A DNA stretch of 62,956 nt, filler included, from Asterionella formosa (GCA_002256025.1; 16 parts of 16 records of this genome joined end to end with filler, not necessarily neighbours in it), one strand, 5' to 3'; positions 11,281-23,943 are shown, counted from the first letter of the whole stretch. The notes: generated by a model not told the origin, from the sequence alone. Numbers and translations are program-made.

Positions 11281-13940
11281 TCACTGTTCTGTGACCACTA
11301 TTTCATCCACGTCGTCCTCTTCAGCTGAGACTACTAGTGGCAGTATAGCTCCGACAACTGGGACTGGTGCATCACCACGTCCCATTGTATCAGCATATCT
11401 GGTAAGCAGTGATTGTTTTGTTGCAGGTAATGGCGCATCGCCAATTCGTTTGTGCCAAGACACCATTGTTTTTGTTTGCGCCACCGTCCATTCGTGTGCC
11501 TGCTTGTTAAGCGCTCTGATCGCTTGCACCTTGTTCAATGTTGTTGTGTAATCCATGAGTTTCTTATTCGCTTTCTCACTCTCCTTCTCCTCTACTCTTC
11601 TTTTCCTCCTAGTCATATCGTCGAGTGCTTCCGTTCCCAGTTTAAAGCGTCCAGCCGCCACATGAAGTCCTGCTGTGTACCTTTTATATTGGGCAATCGC
11701 CGATAGCGCCGACTCCTTCCGTTGGCGAGCCATCTGATCAAGATTGATGCCATTCCTTGAATCCTCTCTGTTCCTGTATTCAATAACTTTGTCAAGAAGG
11801 GTGCCGGTGATTCCTTTGTTTAGATTCAGTCCTGCTGGTGTGATGGTCGAGATAGCGGCATTCAATTCCGTCTGGATTGCTGAAACTGCTGTCAATTGTA
11901 TTTCATCATGAAGAAGTGTGTTGTAGTTCAATGGTCCCCATCCCTTTTCAGCAATTGCATTCAGGTTGGTGTCAACTCGGGCAAATGATAATTCCCAGGC
12001 ACGGGCTACAAGGTCAACAATGTCGTCTTTCTCAATTGCAAACTCAGCTCGGCGTCCTTCTTTCTTTGTAAGTAGCTCTTGCTTGAATCTTGTTAATGCC
12101 ATTTTGAAGCAGCCATTTTGTTGTACACTGTCACCTACTTGCCAATATGATGTTCCATAGGGAACCCCGATACAAACATTCCATTTTGTTGCCGTCGCAT
12201 TGATATATTGAAGAAAAAGAAGATCAAATCGGCTACCATGCCCATCCAGAATCAGGAAAGGTGGCACATTATCAGTTCGGTCAAACAAGTTAAGTCTGTC
12301 CATCACTTTCAGCATCTCAACAAGGAGCTCTGCAGTTATCGATCCATTCTCAGAACAGCAACAGAAGGCTGGGACGTCAATTCCATTGAACACACATGAA
12401 GGGCCCATTGGATAGCGTTTGTTTCTCCCTGTGTTTGCCTCGATATTGTCTTCTGCTCCTTCCCATTCGACTGTAGGATCAAATCCTAGTACCCATGACT
12501 CTTCTAATTCCTTGGCAGCAAAGATAATTGCACACATAACAGGTAAGCCGTTTGCTGCCGTGAAACCAAGCACAGTAAAGTGTGCATCCTTTGTTGCACT
12601 TCTTTGTTGTGGTCGTTGCTCTTTGCCACACAATAATTTCTGACCCCCAATGTTTCCATCCTTTGTCTGTGATGTGTTTGATCCAACCTCATCCACAAAC
12701 AACAGCTTGTCCTGTCTGATCAGATCGTATTTCGTGTCCAACCCAAATTGCTCATGTGTGTGTTCTACAATCAGTCCCTCCTTGCTCAGCTTTACACTGG
12801 AATTTAGTTTGTTCGCAATTCCTCCTTTCACCATCTCCTCATATACCTCAGTATACATTGTTTCAAAGTTTTGGTAAGTGCACCAATCTGCACGTTTGCT
12901 GTCGAACTTGACAGCCTTTTTGCTTGTTACCAGGTGCTTGTTCCTCTTCATGAAGCCTCGCCAGTATCCAGTTCCCAGTGCACCCTTCTTTGTGTTCCTG
13001 AAGTGAATATTGTGTTTCTGTTTCCATTCAAGTAAGGAGTCATATGTTGGAGTGTCCGAGATAATGGAATTTGCTAGTAGGAGTCCAGTTGAGACAGAGA
13101 TTGGTGTACGCATTTTAGCAAGCTGAGAGATGACTTGGACAATGTAGGGCTCGACTGCAATCATTGGAGAGGGAGTTCCTTGTTTCACAATTCCTGTTGC
13201 TGGGTTTAAAGTTTTATTCTTGAGTCTACTTCGGATGGTTTCAATTTTTATTGATGTTGATGGTTGAATGTCGAATTTCTTTTTGGCAGCATCTATGATT
13301 TTGGTAAGTTCTCCTTTCTTGACTCTGCTTTTATTATTCATTTTTGTGTTGTAACTGACAGCTCTGTATTGGTTGGTTACATGGTTGGTTGCTAAATTAA
13401 TACGTTTCTGGTAGTCTCTTGAAAATGCCATGGTGCTGTGTTTGGGACGACCACTTGCTCCTGGTGCTGGAGGAAATCGCGTGGTCTCAACTGCAGCACT
13501 ATTTTCATTTGTAATCGTCGGGGGGGGGGGCGGGGGGGGGGGCGGGGGGGGGGGGTGGGGGGAACAGGTGTCAAAGTGGATGCAGTAGTGGAGGCTCTGG
13601 TTGCAAAGGTAAGTGTGCTGCTAGTTTCAATTCGTTCTGCTGGGGAACAATCAAATAGAACTGTAGAATATAAACCCTCTCCTGCTAGATCTGTGTTGCT
13701 GTTGTTCAGTTTCTTCAAATGGTACTTCACCATGTCCTTTGTTAGCCACGTTATTGTGCCAACTTTGTTGGCTACTAATCTAGTGATAGCACCATGTGGT
13801 AATGCTCCTCCATTGTTAGCCTTTGTAACTTCTAGTTCTCTGACAATGTTGTTTAGAACAAGCTTTACTATTTCCTTATCTAGAGTCTTACAAATAACTC
13901 TGTACTTTGCTCGAGGTTTGGTGCTTCTTCGGTTCATCAT
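11281..13940 (-). CDS. pogo-type DDE_1 transposase (ORF 13431-11281, probably extended by ORF 13940-13392 across a poly-G frameshift)
   Basis: LLFVDEVG, LILDGHGSR and WQVGD form a DD37D triad by my count; CENP-B-like N-terminal region (GYWRGFMKRN). Confidence 0.9.
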
Positions 13941-14441
13941 TGTACTAAGAACCGGTAATAAGATCTGAAAATATGGTATATTGTGATGGTCATTGTGATG
14001 GTCTCCAAAGCATTTCAGGACGCATACTGTATGCGTTGACAGTACAAAATCACTTAATTTCTATGGTGCGAACTATCGTGCATGTTTTAATTGGGATGGC
14101 GCACACAATCGCGCCTTAATAATTATCCACCTGAAGAAAAGCGTTAAAAGAAGCTATATTAATTTGGAGTATAAAACTTTAACTAATATCGTATATGAAG
14201 ATAAAATGTCGGCCCAGCTAAACGAGGTAATTTTATTTTCTTCCGATGTGCCTCAGTCAACATTTTCGTGGTCGTTTATCTCAACAACTGGAACACAACA
14301 TCGATCGGGCGTCAAGACATCATACATGTACATGCGTGAAACAAATGACTTGTTCATAGTAAATATGGTCGTATTGCTCAAATTGAAAAAGTTTGTAGTA
14401 CAAAATGTAAGATTACCCCGTTATAGTGGTCTAAGCAGTTC

Positions 14442-14469
14442 ATAGTGGTCTTAAGCAGTTTTTGACTGG
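14442..14469 (-). repeat. Right TIR of pogo element
   Basis: Exact reverse complement of 10938-10965. A partial duplicate ATAGTGGTCTAAGCAGTT lies at 14423-14440. Confidence 0.95.
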
Positions 14470-14574
14470 TANNNNNNNNNNNNNNNNNNNNNNNNNNNNN
14501 NNNNNNNNNNNNNNNTTAATTAATTAANNNNNNNNNNNNNNNNNNNNNNNNNNNNNNNNNNNNNNNNNNNNATG

Positions 14575-14722
14575 TTATTCTGCTATATAAATACTGTCTA
14601 TTTCAATTTCGAATACGTCTTGAGCGTTTTCTTGAGCATCTGTTAACTCGACCTTCACTCCCTTGGAGTCCTTCTCTCACTGTGAAACCTCTTCACCAGT
14701 TAGGATACCGTCGAAATTCTCG
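14575..14722. repeat. ~150-bp direct repeat, copy 1
   Basis: Matches 16091-16241 (TATTCTGCTATATAAATACTGTCTATTTCAATTTCG...GGATACCGTCGAAATTCTCG). The 5' part also matches ~58421-58471. Confidence 0.85.
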
Positions 14723-16090
14723 TAGCGATCCCCAACCTACATACCGGTAGCTTTCACCTTGCTTTCCGATGAGAACTAAGGTTGTTTAAGAAATTTTTAT
14801 TTAGGGGCAATAATGGGGCACAGTTCTCATTGTCATTCTCATTTTCGATATCGAAACGTACATATACCTGTATTCAGTACCTGGGAATAGTTGAAACACA
14901 TACCGGTAGAGATTCCTGATTCCCGATCAGGTTATGAGAGTGTCAATATATTTTCGTCTCTAGTGACCTGATTAGGAACATGTACCACAATCCACTAGAT
15001 GATTGATTCAAGATCACATGGTTAAATATCGCGTGTAAAACGCCACAGTTGAGAGAGGAACTTTCAGGAGAATTTCTCTCTAACCTGTTAATTGGACTCT
15101 AGAAGACGATCAGACCTAGAGGCCAAATCAATAAATGATTGACTAGACAATTACAGATATGTCCGCAACATCAAGGAACATTAAAGAAGCAAACTAGATA
15201 TGATCTAGTTATGATTAACAGGATCATTCTGTAAGCAGTCTTCGATCAAACAGCATCTGGCCTAAGTTGAGACAGGCCAAGATTAAGACAAAAGTGTACT
15301 TAGTAGGAAGAGGATGTAGTTTATTCTCAGTTCAAGTTGGGAACACAAATGAACCTCGCCTCCGAAGATCACCACTATTTTGAAACATGCATGAGCTTGG
15401 GAGTTTCAAAATTATACATTCAAATTTACATTTACATTAAGCTCACTCTTTTATAAAAACAATTATTAGCAACAAAGTAAAACAAACAAATTGTGTAGAA
15501 ACATTTTTCTAGCAAATTTTACTGCATGAGAGCTACAGATACGTAGCATCTACCAACTGTAATCCCTCTGTTCCCGTGTATTTGCAAAAGATTCAGCGAC
15601 TTACCCGACTCGAACAACGTCCTTCAAAGAAGCCCTCCATAGAAGCAATATGTATTTTCTACGCCAGATGATGCAGGCTATGGGTAGGTCGGTTAGATTA
15701 GTACTTTTTGGGTAGTACTATGACGCAAAATAGCGATACATGTGTATAGTTTAGGGCTAATCCATTTTCGTTGGCCAGCGTACTGACCTCTATTCATGTG
15801 TGTAATATTGGCTATTACTACTAAAGAGATAAAGCTAATTCAAGTAACAACGAGCATGCGTTTCCGGAGAAAAAACATTCCGTTCTAAAGACATCGAATA
15901 ATATAGCTAACGTTTTGTGCACACCCGGATATATGACGAGCTGGTCATGCATGTCAACAGTCTTGTCAGCCTCCCTTTTGAGGTTGCAAAATGAGCAATC
16001 GGCATTTTATTGTCGCTCTTTTGATGTTAAATTCTTCTACTTTTGTCTATTGACCAATGAATGGTCTTGCGGTGCTGCTCGTTTGCATAT

Positions 16091-16241
16091 TATTCTGCTA
16101 TATAAATACTGTCTATTTCAATTTCGACTACACCTTGTGCGTTTTTCTTTAGCATCATCTGTCAACTCAATCTTCACTCCCTTGGAGTCCTTCTCTCCTT
16201 GTCAAACCCCTTCACCGGTTAGGATACCGTCGAAATTCTCG
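16091..16241. repeat. ~150-bp direct repeat, copy 2
   Basis: See 14575-14722. Confidence 0.85.
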
Positions 16242-16324
16242 GAGCAATGTTTTTAAGCAACCAAAGTATGAAACAGAAATCAAAAGGCAAGAAGTGACAA
16301 TGACAAGCAGGGACATCTAAGATG

Positions 16325-16750
16325 TCATTTACAGCACTTCTTCGAATTTATGTCGAAAGTGATGTATTTATGCTCTGACATTCCCATTTTACTACCGGTA
16401 GTGAAATAGCAGGCTCCACAAGAAATTAGCTTGATGTTGGTAGATCCATTGGATCTACGAATCTTGTCCTTGGTCAAGGCCTGGTTGAGGCCCCAAGCTC
16501 GCATCTGAAAAGTGCAAAAGAAACAATTGGATTGAAGATTGTGTCAATATACACATGTAGGTTGGTGGGTACTATCAAGAGCAACAATAACACGATATAA
16601 GTGAGGATTGAAAAAGGTGAGCACTTACCATGAAGGCACCGTTGACAGCAGGGAGACAGTTGATCTCATCGATTCTGGCATGCAGAATCTCTCGTTACTT
16701 GGATTTGTAGCCAGGTAAATGAAAAGTCAAGCATGTGGGAGTGAAGTGAT
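16325..16750 (-). pseudogene. Type II peroxiredoxin (Prx5/redoxin) pseudogene with intron 16628-16505
   Basis: Translates as FTPTCLTFHLPGYKSK*REILHARIDEINCLPAVNGAFM | MRAWGLNQAL...NGSTNIKLISCGACYFT..KMGMS. Intron GTAAGT...TTTCAG; in-frame TAA. Confidence 0.8.
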
Positions 16751-17136
16751 CTGTTGTCGATGGCACAGAGAAAATGAACAAAAAACCATGGATTAGTCGA
16801 AATGCATCGCACACATGGGGAACAGTTGCATCATAGTCACAATTGAATGCATCAGGATGAAAGGAATTTAACCTCACTTATATTAAGCGCTTTACAACTA
16901 ATAATCATTTGCTACTAGAAGGGTAGACCGTGTAGCGATTTCTGATGATCATGTACTTATTTACTTACTTGCCAACCCAAGATCATCCCAACAAATGTGC
17001 TGACTTCAGGCGCTGGTGAATGGGGATCTGTACTGCTGGATTTAATCGTCTGTATGGTGCAACGGGAACTTGTCTTTTTTTAATTCATTAGCTGCACCCC
17101 CGGAACCCTATGAACTGAATGAAAGAGAAAGACAGG

Positions 17137-17201
17137 TGGAGAATTCAGGAATCGAACCCGCCACCTATGAAGGCGTCGTGCCAACCAACTAAGCAATCCC
17201 T
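17137..17201 (-). pseudogene. tRNA-derived sequence (tRNA pseudogene or SINE head)
   Basis: A-box-like TGCTTAGTTGG, B-box GGTTCGATTCC and 3' AATTCTCCA. Only ~65 nt, with a shortened anticodon arm and an imperfect acceptor stem. Confidence 0.55.
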
Positions 17202-17813
17202 AAATGCAGCAGGATGAGTTGATTGCACTTCCCTGTGCCATTCTAAACAAGTCAGTTGCTCACTTTGGTGGTTCCCACTCATTTCAAGCCACATTAAAGA
17301 AGTTCTTGTTGCTCTCTCTCTCTCTCTCTTAATGGTCATCAGTCCATCCATTGGCCTTTCTATGGCTGGGTGCATCCTGGACCTACAATAGTTAGCCACC
17401 GTAGCTACTAGCACTAAATAATTTTTGTTGAAGTAAGATTTTGTACATAAATAACATACATATGAATAAATTTCATGAATACATTTAAATAATTTTTCCA
17501 TCCGATATCATTGTCGTGGTTGAGTTCATTCAGGATGGACATGAAATCGAAGTCCATTGCACAGGTATGCATGGTTGTGAAATCGTTGTAGTAGCTTAAT
17601 TGGAACCACTATAGCTAGGACCGTATTTGAGGCATTTCTTTACAGTTTCAACCCTAGATTGTCCACTGTCAAGCTCAAGAGCTTTTGCACCTGAATTGGT
17701 TATGTAGGCGCTTATTTGCCATCATGCTAAACACAAAATGGGTCAAATATAAACCAAATCGTGTGCGCGGGAGGTTTTAAAATTGTTGAGTAAACCAACA
17801 GAATAATACCGAC

Positions 17814-18110
17814 ATGGTCTGTCTCTGCAAGTTTGATCCATTAATTTCCAAGAGCCTTTCGCTTCAACTTAGGCATGCAATCAATCAAATAAAGCAAGTA
17901 ATTCATCCGAATATTGCCCGTGTATTGCAAATGTCTCAGCATTTTGATCATATTCATATATGGTGCAAGAGCTATGCTGTGTCGGGAATCTCGGGGATAA
18001 GCTACCAAACAAGGAGTCGCTCGGAGATAGTTGACATTGTCAAGAATATCCTCCAGGGCCTTCAGAGTTTTCATGATCACAATCTTGTTTTTTGGAATTT
18101 GAATCTGGAG
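17814..18110 (+). pseudogene. Possible degenerate protein-kinase fragment
   Basis: IVKNILQGLQSFHDHNLVFWNLNLE resembles kinase subdomain VI; truncated by contig end. Confidence 0.3.
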
Positions 18111-19141
18111 NNNNNNNNNNNNNNNNNNNNNNNNNNNNNNNNNNNNNNNNNNNNTTAATTAATTAANNNNNNNNNNNNNNNNNNNNNNNNNNNNNNNNNN
18201 NNNNNNNNNNTGAATGCCGACAGCCCTCGACGGCTTTTCACAACGGCGCTGCAAATGGAATCTAGCGACATTGGGAGCGAGTTATTCGGGTTGAGCAGTG
18301 TAAGCTGAAGGAGCAACAGAACTGAGTCAACAAGTCCTTAGAAATGTTAACAAGGAAAATGTATGTCAGTAGAGATTGTTTACAGGTTACAAGAGGGAGT
18401 ACGAGGTATCAGGTACCTGGTACCTTGGCCAAGTTGCGATACATTTGCTTGTGCTGTTCTGCAACCGGTAAGTGCAATGGATGTACATAGCATGTCTAAA
18501 AAGGATAGTTCGTAGATATCTTCAAACTTATCTAAGCTAACTAAATAGCTTACCTCGATGCAACTGGTAAGTACCAGGTACGAGGTACCAGGGTAATTAT
18601 GGATTCATGTCGCACCATGCCGGCCGGCTACATAACACCTATCGAATTCTCACAACTTTGCTGGGTAACTTGGCACATACCGGTAGGTCAACAACATGGC
18701 TGAACTTTTCTGCATGATAATCCCATGAACTTTCTACACGACCACGATAGTATTTAGCTATACATATACAGATGTTCTCTCACTATCGGTGGACCACCAG
18801 CTACGTAGAAACCATTTAGAGTAGTCTAGTCCCAGCAGGAACGTGATACATGGTATGTCTGTCTGGGAGTACCTGGTACATATAGGATTGTGCGCATGTA
18901 AACAAATACTAACTTTCTTGGATCAACCGGCGCATGTGCTGGACCATCATAGCCAGTGTACATTTATTTCTATAAAAGTGCACCTGTATTTAACAGCCGG
19001 GCGATGAGAAGGCGGGACGCACGTTAGCCGGCCGTTAAGTCGTACGGTCTTGGTTATTTATTGCAACTGGTGCCCCTGGCACCAGTGGTGGTGGAAGATT
19101 TGAATTTCAACAGCACTTCCGATGATTCCTATGAAAACCAC

Positions 19142-19340
19142 GCAAATGTTATCATATGCAATTTTGCTTGTCATAAGCAATCGGCCAATGAGAGACATTT
19201 GAAATTGTCATCAATCACAAGGCGGCATGCTAATAATACCTGGATGAATCATATTGGCAGCATTGGCCGGTCTGTTGCTTACTACATAGAGGCAAATGTT
19301 GTCATGTGCAATTTTGCTTGTCATAAGCGATCGGCCAATA
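19142..19340. repeat. Local ~48-bp direct repeat, two copies 150 bp apart
   Basis: GCAAATGTT(A/G)TCAT(A/G)TGCAATTTTGCTTGTCATAAGC(A/G)ATCGGCCAAT at ~19142 and ~19292. Confidence 0.8.
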
Positions 19341-20319
19341 CATAGAGAAATATAACATACAGACTTTTTATGAATGATGCTCAGATAGCAGTATGCTATG
19401 TTGTGTACCGGTCTATGATTTACTCCTTGGTTGCATGAAGGCACTCAAGTACCTGCAAGTTGCGGTAATTGTGTTACATAAACCAAAACTTTAGCTATTT
19501 GTATACCATATAAAATTGTTTATTAAGGTTGCGGCCCCGGCTTTACCATAGTTTTGAGAAAACGTCGCAAGGGTTGTATAAACGCGGTGGAATAGGGAGT
19601 TTCCTACTATGAATTCCCATGATTCGAGTGTCGATTTGAATATTTGAATTAGACAGGAATCGGCGCCAGATTGATAGAGTTCCAATTTAAACAAACAAAA
19701 ATGATGATATTTAAACGTTAATACTTTATCTAAGTTGCTGGATGTAGATCTGATTTTCTCAAAGCCAAACGCATGCCGGTTTATAAATAGGGAGCACTCT
19801 GGTACCGGTACCGGCATGCTAACATGCACGCTGATGGTTCGTGTTTATGCGCTATATTGAATCTACGCTGCTGGGTGTTGTTTCAATATTACAAAACGAA
19901 TGAGGGTATGTAGAAAAATTAGTACCCTGTACCAGGTAGCGAAGTACCAGGAAACCGTTATAACGGTACCTGGTACCAGGTACCAGGGTACCAGGTAGTA
20001 CATAATCTTGGTGCAAGCTTGATGATGGAAGACAGGATGAAACGACCGGTACGGTACCAGGAAAATTTCATCCAATACGTGTGGATCAAGTTTGGCTGGC
20101 GTGATTTTACAAGACCGGAATACTTCAGCCAATCTCGAGCAGGTGAGTAAATTCAATTTAACCAATCAGAATGCGTGTAGCGCCGAGGGAACTTACCCTG
20201 GAGTCTTTTCGGACTGAGAATTAAGCAGCAAAACATACCTACGCAAGACTCTAAGTTTACAAGAACGTTTTAGCACATACAAATTCCGATTCCAGTATTT
20301 TGGCGACTGTTGAAAAAGC

Positions 20320-21510
20320 CAATCGGATCGACTTTTTGGAGGAGGGTTGCTCTATATCTGCGGGGTTTCATGAAGATGAAAGTAGATATTCGTGTCCCTA
20401 TAATGTCAGGAGTTAACTTCTGGAGAGAAACTGCAGTTAGGCCATTGCTAACCGTTGACCCAAACAAAAACCAAAAACTTTTTTTGGATTGGTTTTGGTT
20501 TTGGTCAACTGACGAAAAAACGATGCCATCGGTTTTTGGGAAATCCTAAATGCTGTCAACCACCCATCTACTGTGACGTAGGATGAAAAAACCATTATAA
20601 AAAAGTAAAATATTTCTATTAGACTACTTTTATAAATGAAATATTATGATTCCTATTTGGGAATTAGTAAGTTTTCCCCGCAATTTACCGGTAGTGCCGT
20701 AAATATATATATATATACTCCGACCACACTTCTTCATGATGAAATACAACTGACAGCAGTTTCAGCAACCCAGAGAGAATTGAATGCCGCAAACAAAAAC
20801 AATGGTGTCTTGGTACAAACAAATTGGCGATGCGCCATTACCTGCAACAAAACATCTACTGATTACTTACCAGATATATTGATACAATGGGACGTGGCGA
20901 TGCACCAGTCCCAGTTGCCGGAGCGATACCGCCACCAGCAGCCTCAGTTGAAGAGGACGACGAAGATAAAGTCGTGGTGACAGAAGATTGATTTATGTGT
21001 TCCGAATAATAAATCGAAGTCGATTTGTTGTTGTTGTTACCATATAGCTATTGTTGTATATAGATATGATATACCGGTACCGGCATATGATGCGTCCTAT
21101 ATGTAGTGATTCTGCGACGATATTTATTGGGTTTCTAGTGACTACATTCAAAGTAGTCGATATGGAATCCTACATTTAGGTAACTTTGGGAAAATAAAAC
21201 CTAACGTAATGCGTTTGGGTAACTTATTGGGATATGGGCACGGAATCCCCTAAACGTAATGCGTTTGTGTTGGGTTTTTCACTCCCGTCAGCATCGTTTT
21301 TTAGGGTTACCAAAACCAAAACACTGTTTGGTTTGGGTTTTGGTCCACCTTTAGCAATGGCCTTATGTATTGTAGATTTTTTGAAAAGCTTCGTAGGCTC
21401 TTTTTTGACTATTTTTGCAATAGTTACAATTCCACGATACAAAACTGCAGTTTCTTTCCAGAAATGAGGTCCTTACCATATCCGAAGATAGAACATACCC
21501 CTAAGTCGAC
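20320..21510. mobile_element. Non-autonomous element with long imperfect inverted repeats carrying a pogo transposase fragment
   Basis: 20415-20530 is inverted relative to 21290-21465 (AGAAACTGCAGTT, AGGCCATTGCTAA, GTTTTGGTTTTGGT, AAAAAACGATGC). Ends approximate. Confidence 0.6.
20723..21020 (+). pseudogene. Internally deleted 3' fragment of the pogo transposase
   Basis: Matches the reverse complement of ~11922-11855 joined to ~11480-11250 (TLLHDEIQLTAVSA; TKTMVSW; MGRGDAPVPV). Confidence 0.9.
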
Positions 21511-23064
21511 CCATGACAGTATCTAAGCAAATGCAAAGTGGTCGTATTGGTGAAAGCTAATTTTACCTTTTATATTTAATGTACTTGTACATTACGTCTG
21601 GATTATTGGGAAAAACGGTCCCTGCATTGTCTAACTGCAGTGCCCCTTGCTGGTATGGAGTACTGCTCCCTCTGTTCTGGTATAGTTGCAACCAAAATTT
21701 AGGTCACTGCCTCTCATGAAGCGCATGCTCCGAAAATTCTCCTGCTATTNNNNNNNNNNNNNNNNNNNNNNNNNNNNNNNNNNNNNNNNNNNNTTAATTA
21801 ATTAANNNNNNNNNNNNNNNNNNNNNNNNNNNNNNNNNNNNNNNNNNNNTTTGTGTTGAAAATACCCCAGAATAGCCCTTTTAATAAGGAAAAAATCCTA
21901 TCAAATGATGTATCTAAAGTGAAATGAAAGTAACAATAAAGTTTTCAAATTGAGCCTCAAAAGGAACTGAAAATTTTTCTTTAATCGAAATTTTTAATTT
22001 CAAAAACCCTAGCTAGTACTTTGATCAACATTTCATAACTCCTTCTTCCAAATAAAATTACTATCGACGTTTCTTAAATTAAAAATTTCGAACTACAACA
22101 TTGTTTGACTAATTATTTTTGTATCTAGCATATTTAGTCCAAAACGTGAATTTACTCGATTTAATGTTGACTTTCAGTTCAAAATATTCCAAACATTGAT
22201 CTCAGTTTTGGGTGGTACCATCATGCAGCCATGGTGACTTGTGTGCTGGTTTGTTGCAACAAAATGATAGATCCATCATGGTTACTCTTGCTAATAATAA
22301 TAAAGAATTTAGCTACTGTTGTGAAGTAAATGCATTGTTTAACACTTTAAATTCCTTTCTTGTTATTTCAATTTCTACGAACATATAGAGTTCATAGTTT
22401 GTCCTCCTAACAAATGGTGACATCGGACGATTGTTGGATATGGCTGGCTGGACACCTCATGGAACAGCAGGAAAATTTGCTTCCAAGTGTATCCACCTGC
22501 ACCTAACAGCCTCTTTCCCATACAGCAATCCTGAATCGCTGCTCCATTCTCCAAACATGATGATGGATCAAAGATACCACACCCAAGACTTGATTGCCAA
22601 GTTTCATTCCTCTTCATGCCCTCTGTATGTCTTCATGTTGCAGGAGGAGAAGAAGAAGAGTAGGGTGAGTGAGTTAACGAACCTGACGAGCTCAATAGGA
22701 GTTTGAAAGGGGGTATCTTAAAAGAGTGATCAAAGTAAAGTCGTAAAAGTATATAGATACAAATACCGGTAAAGAGGAACAGCAACACGGGTAGAGGCAA
22801 CCATCAGTGTCTGACATACAGACATTCATGATGGACATACCGGTAACGGTACTAACTACATTACATGGAGAGATTAAATTAAATAAAGCATTTAACGGTA
22901 GTAGCGGTAGTAGATTTAACTTGCGTTGGCTCTCGTTGAACAAGCTATTTCACATAAGACTCGTCCGCCCAATCCAACTTAGTCAGTTGATGTATAGGTA
23001 CTACATTGCATATCTCTGTGTTACTACCGGTGCCAGGTAGTCTACTCTAGCTTGACACAGTATC

Positions 23065-23943
23065 ATGAATGTCATTGCCGAAATCACTCGAATCAATCAA
23101 CTTGAATTGGACCGTGGAATTGTAGCGACATCGGCGTCATGGCACGAGAAATACAAGCAAAGCGCTTGGGTCTTCTGTGGGAATTTGCCTACGTCCTTGT
23201 CGGAAGGTGACATCATTTGTATAATGAGTCAATTTGGCGAAGTCGAGGATCTGAATTTGGTTCGTGAGGATGGAGCTACAGGAACGTCCAAAGGATTTTG
23301 TTTTTGCAAATATGAAGATCAGCGTTCGACCGTTTTGGCTGTGGACAATTTGACCGGGACCAACATTTTGGGCCGATCGATCCGCGTCGATCATGTGGAA
23401 CAATACAGACTCCCCAAGGAATTATTGGAACAAGAGGAGGCGAGACGGAATCTTGGAGCTGGACATGCGTATGAAGGTGTGGACCTTGCGAATGATTTTA
23501 ACATTCATCAAGGACAAGACTTATTTGCTGGTGGCACCAGGAGGGCTGAGCCTTTTCTAGATGACAAGAGTGATGATGGTGTAGACGATGAAAAATCAAA
23601 GAGAAAGCTAGCCAAGCAAGAACGCAAGAAAGAACGAGACATTAAAAGAAAAGAGCGAGAGTCAAGACGTGAAGAAAAGGAAGACAAGCGACGAATGACG
23701 AGGGCCAACAAATTACGTGATGACGACAATGAGAAACTAAACAAGTCGGGCAAGGATAGACGAAAGGAAGCTAAAAAGGAATATTATGCGATTGACATGA
23801 AAGAATATAGAACAAAGGACAAGAAACGCCGTCGTGATGATGATGCAAAAGCCAACGACAGAAAGCGAAGCTCCTCCATAAAAGAGGAGGACACAGATGA
23901 CAACGTCCAAGGTCGAGCCAATTCCAGGTATGATTCTGACTAA
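23065..23943 (+). CDS. RBMX2: RES complex subunit RBMX2/Snu17/Ist3 (RRM splicing factor)
   Basis: SWHEKYKQSAWVFCGNL...SEGDIICIMSQFGE...SKGFCFCKYEDQRSTVLAVDNL...IRVDHV, with a K/R/D/E-rich tail. Confidence 0.93.
   Translation: MNVIAEITRINQLELDRGIVATSASWHEKYKQSAWVFCGNLPTSLSEGDIICIMSQFGEVEDLNLVREDGATGTSKGFCFCKYEDQRSTVLAVDNLTGTNILGRSIRVDHVEQYRLPKELLEQEEARRNLGAGHAYEGVDLANDFNIHQGQDLFAGGTRRAEPFLDDKSDDGVDDEKSKRKLAKQERKKERDIKRKERESRREEKEDKRRMTRANKLRDDDNEKLNKSGKDRRKEAKKEYYAIDMKEYRTKDKKRRRDDDAKANDRKRSSSIKEEDTDDNVQGRANSRYDSD

Larger units (their letters stand above)
10938..14469 (-). mobile_element. Full-length pogo/Fot1-type (Tc1/mariner, DDE_1) DNA transposon
   Basis: Perfect 28-bp TIRs CCAGTCAAAAACTGCTTAAGACCACTAT at 10938-10965 and 14442-14469, TA on both flanks, internal transposase. 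Confidence 0.95.

Noticed and set aside
13519..13562. G-quadruplex or programmed frameshift in the pogo transposase
   Set aside because: More likely base-calling decay of a GGT/GGC repeat; a similar C-run at 29143-29158 overwrites a conserved motif at a contig end. Needs reads to decide.
10938..14469. Fanzor/TnpB cargo in the pogo or IS630-like elements
   Set aside because: No RuvC-like motifs or terminal zinc finger; the transposase fills the element.
14900..15330. Solo LTR
   Set aside because: LTR-like composition only; no clear TG...CA ends, TSD or second copy.
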